A stretch of 64,000 nt of DNA from a candidate division FCPU426 bacterium (lineage in GTDB: Bacteria; Oederibacteriota; Muellerivitia; Muellerivitales; Muellerivitaceae). This document shows, in pieces, positions 10,086 through 19,384 of this stretch. The stretch's first letter is position 1; every line of letters starts with the position of its first letter. A model generated the notes under the pieces. The model was not told the origin of the DNA, did not search any database, and was given only the letters and a program-made list of their open reading frames with translations. Made by a program: the position numbers and the translations under genes. The DNA lies in assembly GCA_963719085.1 (NCBI GenBank), contig CAVRAL010000001.1, positions 288,001 through 352,000 of the forward strand. The letters are read 5' to 3'.

Positions 10086-11561
10086 ATGGCGCGCCACGCC
10101 CTCAAAACACTTATTCTCGCCTTTATTCTTTTGGCCCGGCAAGTCCATGCCCAAAATGGGGAAAAGACTTGGCAAGGCTTTTTGGATGTGGGCCCTGTCG
10201 CCTTTCGCGTGGCCTTGACCCTTGAAGTTGACGCCTCCGGCGCGGTGACAGCGGGAAGTTTCAACAATATTGACGATGGAATTTATGACGCGCCGCTTCG
10301 GCATCTGGTGGAGAAATCGGGCCGGGTTTACGCCGATTTGGACAGCGGCGAAAAGCTCATGTTTGAATTGAAAAAGGGTGAAATCCAAGGAAGCTACACT
10401 CAAGCGTCCGGGTCCTTTCAAAACGCGGGAGCCGTCAGTTCTTTCCGCTTGAAACGGGGCGGCGATTTTTTAGTTCCCCGGTTGTCGGCAGGTGGAAGTC
10501 CTGAAACCATTTACGCCTACCATCGGCCCCAAACCTTGGGAGATGGATGGGCGTCGGGGGATTGGCAAAAAGCCGGGCTCGATTTGAAGCCGCTCCAGGA
10601 GGGGCTTCAAAAGATTGTCGATGGAACCTATCCCCATATCCATAGCGTGCAGGTGGCTTACCGGGGACGATTGGTGCTGGATGAGTATTTTTATGGATAC
10701 GGCCCCGCGGATTTTCATCCCCTGCAGTCGGAAACCAAATCGGTTTTTTCCATTTTAGTCGGGATCGCCAACGACCAAAGACGGTTGGGGTTGGAGGAGA
10801 AGCTATACGATTTTTTCCCGGAATTCAGGAATCAGCCCGGTTGGACGGACAATAAAAACCGGATCACCGTCCGCGATCTTTTAACCATGACCTCCGGATT
10901 CGCCTGTAACGATTGGACCGCGTCGTTGGCCTGTTCCTGGGCCATGGTCCATTCTTCGGATTGGCTGTCTTTTATCCTGGGGGAACCGGTAGACGCCGAG
11001 CCGGGAAGCCGGTTTCGTTATTGCGGCGCCTGTCTTTTGCCCCTGTCCGCGATTCTTGAAAAAAGAAGCGGGTTGAGTGTTCCTGATTTCGCCCAACAGT
11101 ATCTATGGGATCCCTTAGGGATTAAGCGGGTGAAGTGGTTTTCGGGGCCTCAGGGAGTGATCCCGGTTTCGTTTGGCCTGCAAATGCGCCCCCGGGATTT
11201 TTTGAAGCTGGGAGTTCTTTATCTCGATCAAGGCCTTTGGAAAGGGAAGCGGGTCCTCTCGGAAGACTGGATCGCCCAATCCACCGGCCCTCAAATTCCG
11301 AAGTCCCAAACCAACGGGAAGAATGACTACGGTTATTTATGGTGGGAAAGGGACGTTCCCGTATCCGGTGGATCCGTGAGGGTGTTTTTCGCTTGGGGGG
11401 TGGGCGGCCAATATCTGTTTGTGGCGCCCTCGCTTCAGATGGTTTGCCTGGTAACCGGGGGGAACTATAAAGATAGCCGGTTAGGCGCCAATTCATTTAA
11501 GCTTTTCCAGGAAAACCTGTTGGCGGCCGCGTGGGGGCCGAACCATCCCGATCAAAAATAG
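10086..11561 (+). CDS. Serine hydrolase, beta-lactamase class C family, exported
   Basis: SETK (SxxK), LLTMTSG, FRYC, YGYLWW, AWGVGGQ motifs; signal peptide. Confidence 0.9.
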   Translation: MARHALKTLILAFILLARQVHAQNGEKTWQGFLDVGPVAFRVALTLEVDASGAVTAGSFNNIDDGIYDAPLRHLVEKSGRVYADLDSGEKLMFELKKGEIQGSYTQASGSFQNAGAVSSFRLKRGGDFLVPRLSAGGSPETIYAYHRPQTLGDGWASGDWQKAGLDLKPLQEGLQKIVDGTYPHIHSVQVAYRGRLVLDEYFYGYGPADFHPLQSETKSVFSILVGIANDQRRLGLEEKLYDFFPEFRNQPGWTDNKNRITVRDLLTMTSGFACNDWTASLACSWAMVHSSDWLSFILGEPVDAEPGSRFRYCGACLLPLSAILEKRSGLSVPDFAQQYLWDPLGIKRVKWFSGPQGVIPVSFGLQMRPRDFLKLGVLYLDQGLWKGKRVLSEDWIAQSTGPQIPKSQTNGKNDYGYLWWERDVPVSGGSVRVFFAWGVGGQYLFVAPSLQMVCLVTGGNYKDSRLGANSFKLFQENLLAAAWGPNHPDQK

Positions 11562-11574
11562 GCGGTTCAAAGCG

Positions 11575-12723
11575 ATGAAGCGAAAAATCGACTCGCCGAT
11601 CCAGGCCATTGATTTGGCCCGCGCCTTTTGTATTTACCTGGTGGTTCAAAAGCATTTGATTTTGTCCAGCCTGGTTTTGAAGCCCGCGGCGCCCTGGGCG
11701 GCTTGGTTTTTCCTCAAGCTTTGTGAGAACGGGATTTACGGCGTCTTCCTGTTTTTCGTCATTTCGGGATTTTTAATCACCCGTTTGGCCGACCGGATGC
11801 CGGGCGGATTGTTTCAACTTAGTTTAGGCGCTTTCTATGTTCGGCGCGTGGCCCGAATCGCGCCCTTGTTTGTTTTGGCCGTCGCTTTAGGCTTTTTATT
11901 TTGGTCTTTCGCGCCGGCGGGACAACCCGCCTCCGTTTTTTGCTTCAATATGCCGGCGGTCCATGACCCGGTTTTTTGGATCTCGCTTTTAACCTTTTCG
12001 TTTAATTGGTATTGCGTGGCGCACCCGGCCTTTTATTTTTCCCAAGGCTTCCACTGGATTCTGCTGTGGTCGCTTTCGGTGGAGGAGCAGTTTTACCTTT
12101 TGTATCCCTTGTTTTTGTTGAGGGTCAAAAAGCTTCGAACCTTGGAATGGACCCTGGGAATCCTTGTCGGCCTGGGCCCGATTTCGCGCTGGGCCTGCGA
12201 ACGGATTTGGCCCGGCGAAACCCTTTTGACTTCCATCGGCACAATCGGAATTTTTGACTGTATCGCGGCGGGCGCCTTGTTTTATTTGCTGTCTAAAAGG
12301 ACTAAGCCTTTTTTGGATAAAAGCCCGGGGATTTCGGCCGCTTTGTGCGCGGGAGGGGGCTTTCTACTGGCGGGGACGCTTTTAGGCACCGGGGCGGACG
12401 ATCCGGGGGATCAAATCTTCACGCCGACTTTACTGGCCTTGGGATTGGGGGCTTTTTTATCGGGCGCGTTTTCGTTAAGGGGTTTTGAGAATAAGGTTTT
12501 GGGTATCCTGGGACTTCCAGGAAAATGGAGTTACGGCATTTACCTTTTTCACGTGGTGGTTTTATTCGGCTTGTGGCCATGGTTAAAGGGGCGTGGCCTA
12601 TTGGAATGCGGGCTTGTTTACGGGGCGGCCCTGCTGGGAACCGCTTTCGTTTCTTTTCATTTTTTTGAAGTTCCCCTCAATCTTTGGATCCGCGCGCGGG
12701 GGGCGGCGGGTCAGGGCCGATAA
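11575..12723 (+). CDS. Acyltransferase 3 family (OafA/YrhL-like) membrane protein
   Basis: FFVISGFLI, FYVRRVARIAP, LWSLSVEEQFY, SYGIYLFH motifs. Confidence 0.92.
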   Translation: MKRKIDSPIQAIDLARAFCIYLVVQKHLILSSLVLKPAAPWAAWFFLKLCENGIYGVFLFFVISGFLITRLADRMPGGLFQLSLGAFYVRRVARIAPLFVLAVALGFLFWSFAPAGQPASVFCFNMPAVHDPVFWISLLTFSFNWYCVAHPAFYFSQGFHWILLWSLSVEEQFYLLYPLFLLRVKKLRTLEWTLGILVGLGPISRWACERIWPGETLLTSIGTIGIFDCIAAGALFYLLSKRTKPFLDKSPGISAALCAGGGFLLAGTLLGTGADDPGDQIFTPTLLALGLGAFLSGAFSLRGFENKVLGILGLPGKWSYGIYLFHVVVLFGLWPWLKGRGLLECGLVYGAALLGTAFVSFHFFEVPLNLWIRARGAAGQGR

Positions 12724-13028
12724 ACCCCTATTCGAAGTGGGCGGGCCGCCGAAAGTAAAAGGTTAAATCGGTTTGATTTTCTTCCTTTTTGTTTACTCGC
12801 ACTTTAATGTCCTACAAAATTGTCGTTCCCGTTTTAAAAGCGTTAAAAAAGACAGCTTGCCGGGTTTTCCTTTATGAAAATCCCGGGGGACTGCCTAAAA
12901 TACGAATCCAGTCGCGAAACTCCACACCTTTCAACACACTCCCGCCGTCCGTTTCGCGCCCGTTTTTGGTTGGTGACTTAGGTTCGTTGTTTGAAAATTG
13001 GCCATAAGAAAATAAAGGAGCAAAGTTC

Positions 13029-15197
13029 ATGACGACACCACGTAAAAAGATCGCCTTGTCCATCGGCGGGGAAGTTTCGCCCTTGGAAAATTATAAATCC
13101 GAGCCGGGACACGAAATTTTCGGTTCCCTGGTTTTCAATGATACGGCCCAAAAGAAGTTCCTGTCGAAAGACGTCTATAAGAAGCTCCGGGCGACCACCC
13201 TCCGGGGAGAGCCTTTGGATCATTCTATCGCCGATCAAGTCGCCCAAGGCATGAAAGAATGGGCCTTGTCCCATGGCGCCACCCATTACACCCATTGGTT
13301 CGTTCCTTTGACGGGTTTGAGCGCTGAAAAGCACGACAGCTTCCTGGAGCCGACGGTGGAAGGCGGCGCGATCGCCGAGTTTGAGGGAAAGACCCTCATC
13401 AAGGGCGAGCCGGACGCCTCGTCGTTCCCCTCGGGCGGATCCCGCTCGACCTTCGAAGCCCGCGGCTACACGGCTTGGGACCCGACCTCCCCGGCTTTCA
13501 TTCAACAAGAAGTGAACGGCGCCACCTTGACGATCCCGACGGCTTTCGTGAGCTACACGGAAGAAGCCTTGGACCACAAGACGCCCTTGCTTCGCTCGGT
13601 GGAAAGCCTTTCCACCCAGGCGATCCGCTTGCTGCGCTTATTCGGGAACAAGACCGCCAAACGCGCCTACACCAACATGGGGCCCGAGCAGGAATATTTC
13701 CTGATCGACCGCAAGTACTACGAGCAGAGGCCTGACCTCATCGCCGGCGGCCGCAGCCTCTTTGGCGCGCCTCCTTACCGGGGACAGGAATTGGAAGACC
13801 ACTACTTTGGCGCCATCAAAGAGCGCATCCTGGCTTATATGATGGATTTGGACCGGGAATTGTGGCGTTACGGCATTCCCTCCAAGACCCGCCATAATGA
13901 GGTGGCTCCCGCGCAGTTTGAAATGGCCCCGCTTTTCGAGAAGTCCTCGGTGGCGGCCGACCATAACATGATCGTGATGGAACTTTTGCGCAAGGTTGCC
14001 TTGCGCCACGGCTTGGTTTGCCTGCTCCATGAGAAGCCCTTCGCGGGAATCAATGGAAACGGAAAACACAACAACTGGTCCATCGCCACCGACGAGGGCG
14101 AGAACCTTTTGGATCCGGGCAAGACGCCGCACGCCAACGCGCAGTTCCTGGCCTTCTTGGTGGCCACGATCTCAGCGGTCGACAAGTACGCTGAGCTTTT
14201 ACGCGTGGGCATCAGCGGCCCGGGCAACGACCACCGTTTGGGCGCCAACGAGGCCCCGCCGGCCATCATCTCGATCTTCCTGGGAGAACAGCTCCAGGAC
14301 ATCGTGAATCAGCTTGAGAAGGGGCCGGCCACGTCCAGCAAGTCGGGGGGAACCATGGAATTAGGGGTTTCGATCCTTCCGCCCCTGCCGAAAGACGCCA
14401 CCGACCGCAACCGTACCTCGCCGTTTGCCTTCACGGGCAATAAGTTCGAGTTCCGCGCGGTAGGTTCCACGGCCGCTATTTACTGGCCCAACACCATCTT
14501 GAACACGATCGTGGCCGAGTCGATCGACCGCATCGCCACCAAGCTGGAAAAGGGCGGGGACTTCAACAAGACCCTGGCCGCCGTCCTGCAAGAAGAGATC
14601 AAGGAACACAAGAAGGTGCTCTTCAACGGAAACGGCTACAGCGCGGATTGGCACGCCGAGGCTCAAAAGCGTGGATTGCCGAACCTGAAAACCACGGTGG
14701 ACGCCTTGAAGGCCATGCCGAAAAAGGAATACAAAGAACTGTTCGCCAAGTACAAGGTTCTGAATGAGAAGGAATACGACAGCCGCGAGGAAATTATGTG
14801 GGAGCGGTATGTCAAGGTGGTCAACATCGAGGCCAACGCCACGGTGGACATCGCCAAGAACCAAATTTTGCCGGCGGTCCTCAAGTACCAAAGCAAGCTG
14901 GCCCAGACCATCCAGGCCACCTCGGCCGTGGTGAAAGCCGGTCAGAAGGGCCAAACGGCCCTTTTAGAGGAAGTCGCCAAGGGCGCCAGCGAATTGTACG
15001 AGTCGGTGGAAGCCTTGGACGCTTTGATCGAGAGCGCCAATGGCGGCTCGAGCCTGCATCAGATGGCCGCTTCCTTCAAGGATTCGGTGATTCCGGGCAT
15101 GTTGAAGGTCCGGGAAATCGCCGACTGGTTGGAAGGGATCGTGGATGACGATCTCTGGCCTTTGCCGAAATACCGGGAGATGTTGTTCCAGTATTAA
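13029..15197 (+). CDS. glnN: Glutamine synthetase type III
   Basis: 722 aa; EPDASSFP, HNEVAPAQFE, HRLGANEAPP, DRNRTSPFAFTGNKFEFR, WPLPKY motifs. Confidence 0.96.
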   Translation: MTTPRKKIALSIGGEVSPLENYKSEPGHEIFGSLVFNDTAQKKFLSKDVYKKLRATTLRGEPLDHSIADQVAQGMKEWALSHGATHYTHWFVPLTGLSAEKHDSFLEPTVEGGAIAEFEGKTLIKGEPDASSFPSGGSRSTFEARGYTAWDPTSPAFIQQEVNGATLTIPTAFVSYTEEALDHKTPLLRSVESLSTQAIRLLRLFGNKTAKRAYTNMGPEQEYFLIDRKYYEQRPDLIAGGRSLFGAPPYRGQELEDHYFGAIKERILAYMMDLDRELWRYGIPSKTRHNEVAPAQFEMAPLFEKSSVAADHNMIVMELLRKVALRHGLVCLLHEKPFAGINGNGKHNNWSIATDEGENLLDPGKTPHANAQFLAFLVATISAVDKYAELLRVGISGPGNDHRLGANEAPPAIISIFLGEQLQDIVNQLEKGPATSSKSGGTMELGVSILPPLPKDATDRNRTSPFAFTGNKFEFRAVGSTAAIYWPNTILNTIVAESIDRIATKLEKGGDFNKTLAAVLQEEIKEHKKVLFNGNGYSADWHAEAQKRGLPNLKTTVDALKAMPKKEYKELFAKYKVLNEKEYDSREEIMWERYVKVVNIEANATVDIAKNQILPAVLKYQSKLAQTIQATSAVVKAGQKGQTALLEEVAKGASELYESVEALDALIESANGGSSLHQMAASFKDSVIPGMLKVREIADWLEGIVDDDLWPLPKYREMLFQY

Positions 15198-15213
15198 TTT
15201 GGAAGGTTGTTTT

Positions 15214-15252
15214 AAAAGCCGTCCCCCGCGCAGCGCGGGGGACGGCTTTTTT
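15214..15252. terminator. Bidirectional intrinsic terminator
   Basis: aaaagccgtcccccgcg / cgcgggggacggctttttt between convergent genes. Confidence 0.85.
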
Positions 15253-15283
15253 ATTGCCGTTTTGAATCCATCATAAGAACCTA

Positions 15284-15315
15284 TTTCACTGCCAAAGACG
15301 CTAAGTCCGCCAAGG
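15284..15315 (+). repeat. Solo arm of REP-like family R1
   Basis: tttcactgccaaagacgctaagtccgccaagg resembles arms at 40044, 54785 and 60884. Confidence 0.6.
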
Positions 15316-15346
15316 TGGTAAAAACAACGATGATTTTTAGAGGCGC

Positions 15347-18085
15347 TTAGTATTGTGAGTCGCCTAAAAGGTCGTGGACGGCTTTCAATAACTCCTGGGC
15401 CTCGAAGGGTTTTTCCAAACGGGGATTATCCACCTGTTTGAGGAATTCCTTGGAGGCGTCGGTGAAGGCCCCGCCCGTGATGAAAATGGTTTTCTTGGCC
15501 AAGTCCGGGAATTTTTCCAGGACATATTTGTGCAGCTCCATGCCGCTCACGTCCGGCATATTGAGGTCGGTGACGATGATATCGAACTCGGCGCCTTTGG
15601 CGCTCAGCAGCCGCATGGCTTCCCGCCCGCCGAGCGCGGTTTCGGCTTGGTGGGTCTTTTCCACCATCCGTTTAAATACTTTTAAGTTGGTGGGCTCGTC
15701 ATCCACGATGAGCAGCTTGGCCGACCGGGTGGGGCGGGGTTCTTCCAAACGGGTTTCCCGGGACGGCTTCGCCTCGCGGATGGGCAGGCAAATTGAGAAG
15801 GTCGTTCCTTTTCCCACCTCGCTTTCCACGCGGATTTCCCCCCCATGGCTGCGGATGATTTCATGGCAAATGGAAAGGCCTAAACCGGTTCCGGAGCCCA
15901 CGGGTTTGGTGGTGAAAAAGGGATTGAAAATTTTAGGGAGGACGTCCTTCGGGATGCCCGATCCGGTATCCGAAATGTGGATCCAGACCGCCTCGCCTTC
16001 TTTTTGGGTCGTGACGCTGATGGTGTTTTGGTTGACCTTGCCGGGCTCGATGGCCTGGGAAGCGTTGACCAAAAGATTGACGAATACCTGCTGCAATTTT
16101 CCGGTATTGAGGCTTAGGGAAGGAATGAGAGGGTCATATTTCTTTTCCAGGTTCGCCCGGTATTTGATCTCGTGGGAGGTCATGCTGATGGCCGCGTCGA
16201 TCAACTCGTCCAGCCGCACCGGGTGCATTTCCTCGTCGTCGAACCGGGCGAAGCTTTTGAGCCCTAAGACGATGTCCCGGATCCTTTGGGAACCCTCGAT
16301 CGATTGGGTGATCTCCTCCTCGACCTCGAACAAAATTCTCGGGATATGGGGGGAGGCCACGAATTTTTCCAGCTTTTCCAGCTTGTTCTCCCGGCTGGGC
16401 TCGGTGGCGATGGAGCGCAGGCTGGCCGAGATGGATTGAAGCATCTCCAGGTTGCCCTTGAGGAAGCCCAAATTGGCCAAGACATAAGACATGGGGTTGT
16501 TGATTTCGTGGGCGATGCCCGCGGCCAGGGTGCCGACCGTGGCCAATTTGTCGTTCAAAAAGGCTTGCCGCTCCATCCGGCTCCTTTCGGTGACGTCGCG
16601 AAAGACGGCCAGATGCCGTCCGGGAAGGATATGGCCGCGGGCGGTGAACTCGGCGTCCAATGTTTCGGCGTTGTTTTTCCGCAAGCGGACCTTTCCGCTG
16701 AAAAGGCCCGTGGTCATAAAGGACTTTTGGGCCCATTGGAAGTCGAAAGTGGACTCGAAAAAAGCGTCCACGCGGTGCTTCAGCATTTCCTCTTTGGTGA
16801 ATTCCAGCAGGGTGCAGGCGGATTTGTTGGCGTCCAAGATATTGCCGCTGTCGTCAATGATGAGCATGGCTTCCAAGGCCCCGTCGAAAACCGCGCGGAA
16901 CTGGTTTTCGCTGTGGCGTAAAGCCTGTTCGGCGATTTTGCGCTCCGTAATGTCCTGTACCACGCCCACCATTTTTAAGGGTTGGCCGGACTTGTCCCGG
17001 ATGATCTCGGCTTGCTCGTTGACCCAGCGTACGGAGCCGTTGGAAAGGATGATGCGGTGATCCTGGACGTAGGGGACGTTTTTTTCAAGCGCGTCATCCA
17101 TGGCGGTTTGGAGGGCTTTCGCGTCCTCGGGATGGACCAACTCGAAAAAATCCCGGACCTTCAGGGGCGTTCCGGGCGGGACGCCAAAAATGCGGTAAAC
17201 TTCCTTGGACCAGGTTAAATTTCCCTCCGGGCCGATTTCCGAGATCCAGCTTCCCAAATGGGCGGCTTCTTGGGCTTTTTCCAGGAAGAAATGGCTTTCT
17301 TTTAACGCTTCTTCCGCCCTTTTTTTCTCGGAAATATCCCGCAAAATCGCAGTAATGGCTCGCTTGCCCTCAAAAATAATGGAGAGCCCTTCGGCCTCCA
17401 CGTAAGCCGGCTCGCCGTCTTTTCGAAGAAAAATGATCTCCGCCGGGGGATTATATTGCTGGCCTTCGCCCGCGTTGACCATGTCGACGCGTTTTAACGC
17501 GAAGGAACGATAGTCCGGGTGTATCAACTCCATGGGGGAGCGGCCGATCAATTGATCGGGGCTCGTATAGCCCAGCAGGCGTACCAGATTGGGATTCACG
17601 TAGAGGATTTTATTGTCCCGGTGGACCATCAGGCCCTCGGGGAGCAGCTCGATCAAGCTTCGAAAGTTTTCCTCGGAGCGCTTGAGTTCCTTGGCGGCGC
17701 GGGAACGTTCCAAGGCGTAACGGATGGTCCTTTCCAAAAGGAAGGAGTCCAAGCGGCTTTTGGAGACAAAATCGGCGGCTCCGGCCCGCATGGTCCTCAA
17801 ATCCGTGTCGAAGTCGTCGAGTCCGGTCAGGAAAACCACGGGAGCGGTCGAATGGCGGCGGTCCGCCTCCTCCAGAAACTCAAGGCCCGTGTGGGGTCCC
17901 AACCGGAAGTCCAGAAGCACCAGATGGAAGCGGGAAGAGGAGAGCTTTTCCAGCCCGGTGGAATAGCTGGGGGCCCAGGTGAAATCGTAATTTGAGTTTT
18001 TGATCTGGGAGATGTATTTTCGGATCAGCTCATAATCGTCCGGATCGTCCTCAACCAGAAGCACCCGAATCGTTTCAGTTTCCAT
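15347..18085 (-). CDS. Hybrid sensor histidine kinase (REC-PAS-PAS-PAS-HisKA-HATPase-REC)
   Basis: N- and C-terminal REC domains, AHEINNP H-box, PFFTTK, GTGLGL. Confidence 0.93.
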   Translation of the reverse strand: METETIRVLLVEDDPDDYELIRKYISQIKNSNYDFTWAPSYSTGLEKLSSSRFHLVLLDFRLGPHTGLEFLEEADRRHSTAPVVFLTGLDDFDTDLRTMRAGAADFVSKSRLDSFLLERTIRYALERSRAAKELKRSEENFRSLIELLPEGLMVHRDNKILYVNPNLVRLLGYTSPDQLIGRSPMELIHPDYRSFALKRVDMVNAGEGQQYNPPAEIIFLRKDGEPAYVEAEGLSIIFEGKRAITAILRDISEKKRAEEALKESHFFLEKAQEAAHLGSWISEIGPEGNLTWSKEVYRIFGVPPGTPLKVRDFFELVHPEDAKALQTAMDDALEKNVPYVQDHRIILSNGSVRWVNEQAEIIRDKSGQPLKMVGVVQDITERKIAEQALRHSENQFRAVFDGALEAMLIIDDSGNILDANKSACTLLEFTKEEMLKHRVDAFFESTFDFQWAQKSFMTTGLFSGKVRLRKNNAETLDAEFTARGHILPGRHLAVFRDVTERSRMERQAFLNDKLATVGTLAAGIAHEINNPMSYVLANLGFLKGNLEMLQSISASLRSIATEPSRENKLEKLEKFVASPHIPRILFEVEEEITQSIEGSQRIRDIVLGLKSFARFDDEEMHPVRLDELIDAAISMTSHEIKYRANLEKKYDPLIPSLSLNTGKLQQVFVNLLVNASQAIEPGKVNQNTISVTTQKEGEAVWIHISDTGSGIPKDVLPKIFNPFFTTKPVGSGTGLGLSICHEIIRSHGGEIRVESEVGKGTTFSICLPIREAKPSRETRLEEPRPTRSAKLLIVDDEPTNLKVFKRMVEKTHQAETALGGREAMRLLSAKGAEFDIIVTDLNMPDVSGMELHKYVLEKFPDLAKKTIFITGGAFTDASKEFLKQVDNPRLEKPFEAQELLKAVHDLLGDSQY

Positions 18086-18114
18086 TATTTCTCCCTTGAA
18101 GCCTGTGGAAGCGT

Positions 18115-18762
18115 TTAAAAAGGTTTATTGCATTGGCCGCAGACCAGGCGGGAGGCGAACCAATGGCCGTCGGCCCTGGCGTAATCGGGGAAAAACTCGA
18201 TCTCCAGGGCCGAGGCGCATTCCGGGCATTGAAACCCGTTGGCCAATCCCAAATCTTCCTGGAGGCTTACGGCGTTGGGTCCGTCCTTTTCGATGCGGAT
18301 CCGGTAAGAATTGACGCCCGAGTTCGACCCCGTATGGCTGATGAGGTTTTTGATCTTGCTCAGGATCTGCCGGGGGGTGTAAAAACCCTTCACCGTATAG
18401 TCGTTGGCGCCCATATCGAGGGCTTTTTTGACGTCTTTGGGCTCGCCGAGCACGGAAAAAATAATGACGGGGATGTCCTTGGTTTGGTTGCTGCGGCGGA
18501 TTTTTTCAAGGACTTGGAAGCCATCAAGGACCGGAATACCCAGATCCAAAAGGATCAGGCTGGGGGAGTTGGCGATGATCATTTCCCAGCCTTCCTCGCC
18601 GTTGGTGGCCTCCAAAACGTCGTAACCGTCATCGATCAGGACGTCGCGGTAAACTTTCCGGAATCCCCTTTGATCCTCGATGATTAAAATCGTCCCTTTT
18701 TTAATCGAGGTCGAGGGCTTGGGGTCCTGGGCTCCGTCTGAGATATTGGCGGGTGTTTCCAT
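18115..18762 (-). CDS. Response regulator with C-terminal zinc-ribbon
   Basis: REC (IIED, LLDLG) plus CPEC...CGQC. Confidence 0.85.
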   Translation of the reverse strand: METPANISDGAQDPKPSTSIKKGTILIIEDQRGFRKVYRDVLIDDGYDVLEATNGEEGWEMIIANSPSLILLDLGIPVLDGFQVLEKIRRSNQTKDIPVIIFSVLGEPKDVKKALDMGANDYTVKGFYTPRQILSKIKNLISHTGSNSGVNSYRIRIEKDGPNAVSLQEDLGLANGFQCPECASALEIEFFPDYARADGHWFASRLVCGQCNKPF

Positions 18763-18796
18763 AATAGTTTCTCCTAGCTTTTCATGATTTTACGGC

Positions 18797-19384
18797 TCAG
18801 TAAGTGAGTCCGCACTTGGGGCACATCAAATGGGCGGTGAACCAGTGTCCTTGGCCGCGCATGAAGTCGGGGAACAACTCCAAAACCAGCTCGGTTTGGC
18901 ATTGGGAGCAGTGGTAGTTGGCCAAGCCGATGTCATCGCGCATTTTCCCGAAATCCTCCGTGTTTTCCCGCAAGCGCACTTTATAAGAGGGGGAGGCGGG
19001 TTTGGCGTCCACCTGGGAAATCAGGGCCTTGATCTTGCTGAGGATTTGACGCGGGGTATAAAAGCCCTTGACCGTATAGTCGTTGGCGCCCAATTCCAGC
19101 CCGCGGTTGACGTCTTTTTGCTCGCCTAGAACGGAAAAAATAATCACCGGGATCGTCTTCGTCTCCTCGCTGGCCCGGATTCTTTTGAGGACCTCGAAGC
19201 CGTCGATTTTGGGGAGCCCTAAGTCCAAAAGGATGAGATTGGGCTTTTTTTCCTTGGCGGCGGTCCAACCGGCCTCCCCGTCCTCGGCTTCCAAAACCTG
19301 ATAGCCGTCGTTTTCAAGCACGTCCCGATAAATACGCCGGAAACCCTGCTGGTCCTCCACGATTAAGATGGTTCCTTTGCTCAT
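18797..19384 (-). CDS. Response regulator with C-terminal zinc-ribbon (paralog of 18115-18762)
   Basis: REC plus CSQC...CPKC; near-identical GANDYTVKGFYTPRQILSKIK segment. Confidence 0.85.
   Translation of the reverse strand: MSKGTILIVEDQQGFRRIYRDVLENDGYQVLEAEDGEAGWTAAKEKKPNLILLDLGLPKIDGFEVLKRIRASEETKTIPVIIFSVLGEQKDVNRGLELGANDYTVKGFYTPRQILSKIKALISQVDAKPASPSYKVRLRENTEDFGKMRDDIGLANYHCSQCQTELVLELFPDFMRGQGHWFTAHLMCPKCGLTY

Noticed and set aside
12724..13028. Glutamine riboswitch upstream of glnN
   Set aside because: No recognisable glnA-motif three-way junction or consensus
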